Source: Ruditapes philippinarum (lineage: Eukaryota). Taken from it: a DNA stretch of 64,000 bases. The translations under genes were made by a program, and so were the position numbers. A model generated the notes under the pieces. That model made no database searches. It saw only the letters and a list, made by a program, of their open reading frames with translations, and was not told the DNA's origin. How positions within the stretch are numbered: the first letter of the stretch is position 1; each line of letters starts with the position of its first letter. Below are positions 59,001-64,000 of this stretch, piece by piece. The DNA is taken from the NCBI RefSeq assembly GCF_026571515.1, contig NW_026861764.1, positions 186,001 to 250,000 on the forward strand, written 5' to 3'.

Positions 59001-62000
59001 AAACAAAGTCAGCGCCTTCTGTTATAATATTGATATGTGATATCTCAATTATATCTATTATGCTTTAGAAAATCATATTCATGTAAATTTTGTTTAACTT
59101 TAAGATTTTTAAAGGGGGTCTTGGAGATGGCCTTTGACTTAGTATGGGACTGTCTACGCGCCGTACACTTGTGACTATGATCATACATTTAATTTAGAAG
59201 GACTTGAAGACCAAACATACCTTTTGGTATCAACGAAAGACCACTAAATTTATGTGTAATACTTTAAAAAAATAAAATAATCTCAGTTTTATTTACAAAC
59301 AAGAGCCGGCTGAACCGGGTGATGCTCCCCGACTAGGTTTTGGACACAGAAAAGTATATATATCTTTATATCTTATATAGTTTGATAGTTATGTCCCAGA
59401 CAATCAGTGATAATTCAACACTTAGGCAAGGCAGAGTTACTGTTCTTTGTACTGCACTTCTACTTAATGAGATCTATATACCGACTTGCGCGCCACACGT
59501 CGTCTCAATATGGTGATCATTTATGTGAAAAAAGTGTAAAATCCGACTTCAAATAACAAAGTTATGGACCGGAAACGATTTTGCTGCAAGGTCATGTTGT
59601 GACCTTGACCATCCAAGTAGCGACCAATATACTAGGCGCGATACGTCCTCTCAATATGGTGATCATTTCTGTGAAATATTTGTTAAATCCGACTTCAAAT
59701 AACGAAGTTATGCAACGGACACGATTAAGCTTCAAGGTCATGCTGTGACAGTGACCTTAAATATAGCGACCAAAATGTTCCACCCGACGTGTCGTCTCAA
59801 TATGGCGATCATTTCTGTGAAATATATTGTACTGCACTTCTACTCAATGAGATCTATATACCGACTTGCGCGCCACACGTCGTCTCAATATGGTGATCAT
59901 TTCTGTGAATAAAGTGTAAAATCCGACTTCAAATAACAAAGTTATGGACCGAAAACGATTTTGCTGCAAGGTCATGTTGTGACCTTGACCATCAAAGTAG
60001 CGAACAAAATACTGGGCGCGATACGTCCTCTCAATATTGTGATCAATTCTGTGAAATATTTGTTAAATCCGGCTTCAAATAACGAAGTTATGAGCCGGGC
60101 ACGACTTTGCTACAAGGTCATGCTGTGACCTTGACCTTCAAGGTAGTGACCCAAATGTTGCGCACGACACATCTTCTTAATATGGAGATCATTTATGTGG
60201 TATAGCTGTAAAATACGACTTCAAATAACGAAGGCCAGACACGATTTGGCTTCAAGGTCATACTGTGACCTTGACCTTCAAGGTAGCGACCCTAATGTTG
60301 TTCGCAAGACGTCGTCACAATATGGTGATCATTTCTATGAAATAGTTGTAAAATCCGACTTCAGATATCGAAGCTATTGGCGGACACAATTTTGCTTCAA
60401 AGTCATGCTGTAACCTTGACCTTCAAGGTAGCGACCCAGATGTTGCGCGCGACACGTCTTTTGAATGTGGTGATCATTTTTGTGAATTTGTTTTAAAATC
60501 CGACTTCAAATAACAAAGTTATGGGCCGGACACGAATTCGGGACGTAACATGAAAGACGTGCTTTATTTAATTATATACCTTTCTAGAAAAATCAGATTT
60601 ATATTTTATGCCATATGAAAAACCTTCCAGTCCATATGCTCGTATCTATAGTAAAAGGTATGAAGAAATGTTAATAAATTTGAAAAAAAATACACGTTTT
60701 CCCTCATAGAAAAGATTGCGAGGGATATGGTAATACGATAATTTTCGTCCGTGCGTCTACCCGTTTTTCTTTTTTTGATTAATATATTAACTTTATTTAA
60801 GTTACAGATATACTATAGTTTATAAAGTTAAATATATCTTCTAACATAGATAAAGAGGCATACAATGAAATCTTTATGAGCACCCAGGTCTGTCCAGTGC
60901 ATCTCTTATATGAATAATTGTTAACAAAGAAAAACCGCCATAATTTATAAATTGAAATTTTAGAGCATCACCTAAAAATGCAAACTGCGCTTGCTACCGA
61001 TGGAACTTTGACTATCTGTACACATTAGCATTATAATCGGATATATAGCTAGACAGACCCCCTTGAAGAAAAATGCAATGAACAGGAATGGGAACCCCAC
61101 CCTTTTATGGTTTCGGAGTTATTACTCTTTTTTTTTTAGTGTTCCACTTTTAGTAGAAAAGTTGAGCTATTATCACAAACATCTTTTATAAATTTAAAAT
61201 GTCGGTGCAAAGGAATGATCCTCTTTTTATGGCACATTTTTCTGTTCGATGTGAGATATTACAGTCTGTAAAATAAATGTTTCTTGTTTTACATTAAAAC
61301 AGGGGGTACAACGTAATTTTTGAACGTTTGATATCTTAAGGACGAAATTGTACATTGGGACTATAAAATGTTATTTTTCAGATGCTTGGATGGGATTAAA
61401 CGACATAGAAACAGAAGGTACATTTTTGTGGGGATATACAGGAACAGTATTTGACTCAATCTTATTAGGCAAAACCATTCTCAGAAATGATGAGGATCCC
61501 GGAAGAGATTGTGTATATTACGATGGAATATATGATGATTGGTATGCAACATACTGTGACGACGACTCCGCATTCAAATACGTGTGCGAAATTTCACTCA
61601 GTGAGTAAAATCATTATTATAATAATTTCTTTTTACAAGTGTTGAAATGACATATGATTTAAAAAAAAAATCTGTAGCGTTACAATATTACTGTAGCTTT
61701 ATTGTGTTACATTGTAATCATTTGTAGACCAAGACCAAGGATACTATCCTTGGACCTAAGATTACTGTCCTACAGTTTTACTAAAGAGCTTTCGATATCG
61801 ATAACAAGTGAACGGTTAGTTACAATGACATTAAAAATAAATATCATTGTTTTTGATAACTAGAAAATTGTTGATTGTAACGTTTGTTGTCGTAGTTGAT
61901 GTATAAGGTCCAGCGTCTTATATTCTTTTAATGATAACGAAAACTGTCAATGTGTTTCTTTATTTATTAAGGCTTATCATATTGTATCGACAACTTAGTA

Positions 62001-62154
62001 ATATTGTTCATTAAATGTAAACCCAACTCAATAGAAGTATATAATTTTTAATATCAACATAGAATCAATAAGTGTCTTTAAAAGATCTTTTCGGAGACGG
62101 TTGTGCACTATGATTCAGTGAATATTATGCATTTCTTCTCTTTCAGAAATATAA
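8013..62154 (+). CDS. Whole gene (26 coding exons, 1250 aa): secreted trypsin-like pseudo-protease + 16 CCP/sushi + C-type lectin domain protein
   Basis: Exon lengths 37+172+64+136+128+145+3x174+165+171+10x165+168+80+88+219+8 = 3753 nt, all GT-AG, phases compatible, no internal stops; domain motifs recognised by eye. Confidence 0.85.
8230..8401 (+). CDS. Exon 2: pseudo-protease N-terminal part (...EVCAGVQMSDAWILTLADCVDTK)
   Basis: Matches trypsin CGG.LI...WVLTAAHC motif with H->D; acceptor ctttag, donor gtaagt (phase 2). Confidence 0.85.
9420..10350 (+). repeat. Dispersed repeat, copy 1 (homologous to 52750-53690)
   Basis: Shared blocks such as gatgcaaagtgcaagaaa, gtcaaattttgttacta, gaaataagggtat. 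Confidence 0.75.
11964..12172. mobile_element. MITE
   Basis: TIRs atatgagccacgtcacgacaaaacc / gcttttgtcgtcacacgactcatat. Confidence 0.75.
12512..12575 (+). CDS. Exon 3: pseudo-protease (IKLGKYSIKNQDGLKQVIAEDR)
   Basis: aattttag acceptor, AGG|gtgagt donor, phase 2->0 bridges exons 2 and 4; KLGKYSI resembles VRLGEHNI. Confidence 0.75.
13426..13561 (+). CDS. Exon 4: pseudo-protease (DSVGEEFVLLQIKTTKKTKTKFAKLSNLRLPSPGYDYQLYSKDEA)
   Basis: tttcag acceptor, G|gtaaat donor; only one frame open; EFVLLQI aligns with DIALLKL. Confidence 0.8.
14420..15735 (+). mobile_element. HINE/pearl-like non-autonomous element with internal about 145-bp tandem array
   Basis: gtccgtccgtctgtacgtccgtc head, repeated ttgacctagagtcatgaaact units, tgtgtcc-tat-ggacaca 3' hairpin. 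Confidence 0.7.
15973..16100 (+). CDS. Exon 5: pseudo-protease (DKVTANDVVFVKGNQCVKKGIEGSFGETHKCFQVNIGKTTKCF)
   Basis: ttacag acceptor, gtatgt donor (phase 0); Cys at C168, C182 and C191 equivalents. Confidence 0.8.
16845..16989 (+). CDS. Exon 6: pseudo-protease C-terminal part (PGYPIFGSKKNTIMLQGLTVGSSDSCSSSFYSYAVIKPQVRWINTVIL)
   Basis: Aligns with GDSGGPLV...LQGIVSWG..C.....YTRV..Y.DWI; weak aag acceptor after T-tract, G|gtattt donor (phase 1). Confidence 0.75.
18608..18781 (+). CDS. CCP/sushi exon 1 (Lys-rich)
   Basis: DCGSVENIKNG...CDPGY...IVCLKTGKWQKSICAKK; tttgcag / gtaaaa; 174 nt phase 1-1. Confidence 0.92.
20729..20902 (+). CDS. CCP/sushi exon 2 (Lys-rich)
   Basis: DCGPVKNIVHG...CSPGY...CLDTGKWETARC; 174 nt phase 1-1. 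Confidence 0.92.
22506..22679 (+). CDS. CCP/sushi exon 3 (Lys-rich)
   Basis: DCGPVKKIGNG...CSPGF...CSDNGKWEKARC; 174 nt phase 1-1. Confidence 0.92.
24865..25029 (+). CDS. CCP/sushi exon 4
   Basis: DCETPSNVVNGTLHFSTTTYGSNASVVCDRGYNGSHTTISCLDNGSWEIPTCAIK; 165 nt. Confidence 0.9.
27522..27692 (+). CDS. CCP/sushi exon 5 (6-nt in-frame insertion)
   Basis: DCGFPLNVTNG...CDRGYMHDGNGTISCLDTGSWETPPRC; 171 nt. Confidence 0.88.
27740..28335 (+). mobile_element. HINE/pearl-like element with about 135-bp tandem units in the intron after CCP5
   Basis: Repeated ttgacaccaaa...aaggtcaaggtca...gttactaaa; 3' end gcggcgcttcttgtt. Confidence 0.7.
29049..29213 (+). CDS. CCP/sushi exon 6 (type A)
   Basis: 165 nt, ttcag / gtcact, 4 Cys + Trp. 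Confidence 0.9.
30421..30585 (+). CDS. CCP/sushi exon 7 (type B)
   Basis: 165 nt, ttcag / gtcaat, 4 Cys + Trp. Confidence 0.9.
31784..31948 (+). CDS. CCP/sushi exon 8 (type C)
   Basis: 165 nt, ttcag / gtcaat, 4 Cys + Trp. Confidence 0.9.
33120..33284 (+). CDS. CCP/sushi exon 9 (type A)
   Basis: 165 nt, ttcag / gtcatt. Confidence 0.9.
34488..34652 (+). CDS. CCP/sushi exon 10 (type B)
   Basis: 165 nt, ttcag / gtcaat. Confidence 0.9.
35865..36029 (+). CDS. CCP/sushi exon 11 (type C)
   Basis: 165 nt, ttcag / gtcaat. Confidence 0.9.
37082..37246 (+). CDS. CCP/sushi exon 12 (type A)
   Basis: 165 nt, ttcag / gtcatt; not in the ORF track but intact. Confidence 0.9.
38350..38514 (+). CDS. CCP/sushi exon 13 (type B)
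   Basis: 165 nt, ttcag / gtcaat. Confidence 0.9.
39705..39869 (+). CDS. CCP/sushi exon 14 (type C)
   Basis: 165 nt, ttcag / gtcaat. Confidence 0.9.
40921..41085 (+). CDS. CCP/sushi exon 15 (A-like, divergent 3' end WETQAMCSII)
   Basis: 165 nt, ttcag / gtcaat. Confidence 0.9.
42246..42837. mobile_element. PIF/Harbinger-type MITE
   Basis: TIR (a)gccccagtcacactagagcttacga at both ends; TAA target duplication at 42243-45 and 42838-40. Confidence 0.85.
43650..44625 (+). mobile_element. HINE/pearl-like element with about 145-bp tandem units
   Basis: agctc..gagct hairpin plus cgtccgtcgtc head, repeated gattggcccc..aaagctaaa, end gccctcttgttt. Confidence 0.7.
44689..44856 (+). CDS. CCP/sushi exon 16
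   Basis: DCGSPLNVING...CDSGYDGDGTISCLDTGMWEIPPSCSPIP; 168 nt, tttgcag / gtcaat. Confidence 0.9.
44916..45160 (+). mobile_element. 5'-truncated tRNA-derived SINE
   Basis: B box ggttcgattcc, gattgatcatgaaatc core; interrupts the intron repeat unit after CCP16. Confidence 0.65.
45664..45881 (+). mobile_element. tRNA-derived SINE with (AAAC)n tail and 15-bp TSD
   Basis: A box gtggtcgagggg, B box gggttcgatccc, TSD cattacctattaatg at 45649-63 and 45882-96. Confidence 0.9.
46643..47370. mobile_element. Old foldback/MITE with long degenerate inverted arms
   Basis: ttttattaacctgtcaa vs ttgacaggtcaataaaat; cttcgg / ccgaag. Confidence 0.5.
47425..47504 (+). CDS. C-type lectin exon 1 (ECPEGWTKFAKSCYLFQQNKVLFKEAK)
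   Basis: Long-form CTLD CP.GW......CY.F motif; ttttag / gtaata; phase 1->0. Confidence 0.9.
49876..49973 (+). mobile_element. Minimal (about 100 bp) HINE-like element, both ends only
   Basis: 3' half is the reverse complement of 59297-59348. Confidence 0.65.
51255..52470 (+). mobile_element. 5'-truncated CR1/L2-type LINE: ORF2 C-terminus plus 3'UTR
   Basis: EYADTVWDN..IQLEAA..RRTKHKLILFYKMIN..NSFLPST..HARLRMHCSSL; disrupted. Confidence 0.85.
52750..53690 (+). repeat. Dispersed repeat, copy 2 (homologous to 9420-10350)
   Basis: See copy 1. Confidence 0.75.
53722..54978. mobile_element. TA-flanked foldback MITE with about 21-bp subrepeat arms and a nested insertion
   Basis: ta|cggtgcacaaa ... 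tttgtgccaccg|ta; arms of gagatactatgtcgtggccac-like units. Confidence 0.75.
56110..56810 (+). mobile_element. Decayed LINE reverse-transcriptase fragment interrupted by a palindromic insert (56366-56548)
   Basis: LDLQRAFDTVD, WFKSYL, YADDSGILVSG, YLGANLD motifs with frameshifts. Confidence 0.75.
57706..57793 (+). CDS. C-type lectin exon 2 (NDCESRKGYLLEITSPSENYFVKGLVGYN)
   Basis: C....G.L..I.S..EN.FV motif; ctgcag / gtaagt; phase 0->1. Confidence 0.9.
59297..60550 (-). mobile_element. HINE/pearl-like element with about 150-bp satellite array (includes a 380-bp internal duplication)
   Basis: Terminus aacaagagccggctgaaccgggtgatgctcccc; repeated ccgacttcaaataac..tgaccttgacc. Confidence 0.75.
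61382..61600 (+). CDS. C-type lectin exon 3 (AWMGLNDIETEGTFLW...DCV...W....CDDDSAFKYVCEISL)
   Basis: WxGL, EG.F.W and YVCE motifs; tttcag / gtgagt; phase 1-1. Confidence 0.92.
62147..62154 (+). CDS. Probable terminal coding exon (K-I-stop), followed by 3'UTR
   Basis: Strong acceptor tttcttctctttcag; A|AA ATA TAA. Confidence 0.65.
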
Positions 62155-62282
62155 AAGAACTTACCAGGAAAAAGTATTTAAAAAGATGTACTTGCTACGA
62201 TCATTCGGTTGTTATTTTATTCTTTTCAAAGTTGAAATGATTCAAACGAAGAAAAGTAATCAAATATTGAAAGTTTAGCAAT

Positions 62283-62288
62283 AATAAA
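62283..62288 (+). terminator. Polyadenylation signal AATAAA
   Basis: About 130 nt after the stop, followed by a GT-rich tract (ggtgttgtttattt). Confidence 0.55.
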
Positions 62289-62630
62289 TAACGTTCTGAT
62301 AGACTGGTGTTGTTTATTTACCAACCTCAGATGACATTTGTACGTCGGTACTCGCTATTGATGTAATAATCTACATGATCTATATTTGTCTGATAAAAAA
62401 AAAAGTTTTTATGAAAGGTCGTAGTCAGAGTCCCTATTGATGATACAAAGTAAAAGCGCAACATATGGAACATTGTTTGTGTATTAAAAAGACACATAAG
62501 ATTTTATGATGTCTAAATAAAATGTGATGTTTTTATATAATATACCTCACTGTATAAATCGTATGTAAAATGGTCTGACGTGTGGTATGTTTAACAGTTA
62601 ATTTAAATACTTTGGTGTCAAAAGAAGTAT

Positions 62631-62757
62631 GTAGTAGATATAAGCCGAAAACTGTCCAATATGTAAAACATTGAATTCCATGCGCGAAGCGCCGAAGTGA
62701 ATTCAATATTTTACTTATTGGCCAGTTTAAGGGTTATATCTTACTTAAATTACTACT
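62631..62757. repeat. Imperfect palindrome/hairpin (MITE core)
   Basis: gatataagcc..ttgaattc..gaattcaa..ggttatatc symmetric about 62690. Confidence 0.55.
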
Positions 62758-64000
62758 TTTACTATTAAATATCATGTTATTTATCGAAAATTTATAAGCA
62801 ATTTATTTTTGTGCATAAGATTTACAATTTTAATGTTTTAACAATTATCTTTTTCTTACTTGCAAAACCCTATTGGTAGCCTCTTAGATAACAAAATGTC
62901 CGTAGCATGAAATTTTCGTGTTTTGAAGTATGACCAATTATGTACATGATCACAATGATATACACAAAATATACCAGTTACACAAAATGTTGGACTTACA
63001 CGTATATAGTATACACCAATTTACATTAGGGATTTTTATATGAAATGATAAGGAAAATTGTTTTCAAATTTGTGTTAAATCTCGGATATTTTGAATGATT
63101 GACTGAGACAATTACTGATGTAAAATGTTCTGTAAAAAATGCCATTAGTATGAATTTTGGATATCTACGCAACAAAATGATATTTTCTTATTTTTGAATT
63201 GATATTTGTCATATCACAGGAGTCTGGAATCGTTTCTATATATATATGTAAGCAGTCAAACATAACCACTTTTGTTTTTGATAGATGAATTTATTTTCTC
63301 TATTACATTTATTTGAAAAGCTGATCATTACATTTATTTGAAAAGTTGACCTTACTGAAAACATAACGTACATACAAATCAAGTATGATTGTCAACTAAG
63401 CGTATGAAAAAAAAAACAAAAAAAAAAACAAAAAACAAAAAAGATGAAAAATAAAACGATCACATTAAAACCATATCCTAACTGACGCTTCGCTACCTTT
63501 CACTTGGAAAGCGTAAACAGTGATATGATGTTATGAGCTCAGGCTTGGAATAAGTATTCGTTAAAAATGTATTAGGCTCAAATTTGATATTTGAAAATAT
63601 TGATAATTGATACACAGTTCCTTTGCAAAGGTCAAATTAACATGTTTTGAGTACACACGCGGTACATGTTTAATGTTTTGAACTCTATGCACTGCCAGTT
63701 GACACAGTATGATTAAAAATGGCATTTTTTTTAAGAAATAGCTTACTTTGCTTGACTAGTAATTGGGAATGAAGTTTCCAATACACAGTTTGTGCATTCT
63801 AATATTCAAATAAAGCATAATTGGTAAGACTTTCATAGATGTGGATGAATTTCTGCAATGAAACTATTTTACTAAAATATGAGCAAAGTATATCTTTGAG
63901 CAAATAAATCATCATCAATTATTGTTCTTTTCGTAAAATTCTGTAAATGCGTAATGGGCGAAGGAAAGACGTTGCATTTCTCGTTATGAGGTTACATTTT

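Noticed and set aside
795-60413. Remaining 60-120 aa ORFs on either strand
   Set aside because: Low-complexity AT-rich translations, antisense shadows of CCP exons or repeat-derived; no motifs or splice support
8013-62154. Naming the gene SVEP1, CSMD, factor H, selectin or Factor C
   Set aside because: No vWA, EGF, pentraxin, CUB, LCCL or TM segments seen, and the domain order differs

Overview
AT-rich, repeat-laden eukaryotic DNA. The repeat families look like a bivalve-type mollusc (inference). The window holds one complete, apparently intact + strand gene that I assembled by hand from GT-AG sites with consistent intron phases: 26 coding exons, 8013..62154, 3753 nt including stop, 1250 aa. 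The predicted secreted protein has a signal peptide, a trypsin-fold (S1) pseudo-protease, 16 tandem CCP/sushi modules (one phase 1-1 exon each) and a C-terminal long-form C-type lectin domain lacking EPN/QPD and WND. In the pseudo-protease all three catalytic residues are replaced (H57->D, D102->E, GDSGGP->PGYP) while three canonical disulfides are kept. CCP1-3 and the pseudo-protease are Lys-rich, CCP4-15 carry about 23 N-glycosylation sequons, and the lectin end is Asp/Tyr-rich. CCP6-15 sit in a young exon+intron tandem array (about 1.2-1.4 kb unit) with an ABC-ABC-ABC-A higher-order structure. The rest is introns and flanks with MITEs, HINE/pearl-like elements with internal satellites, tRNA-derived SINEs and LINE fragments. 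No RNA or database evidence was available, so the exon model is sequence-derived only.
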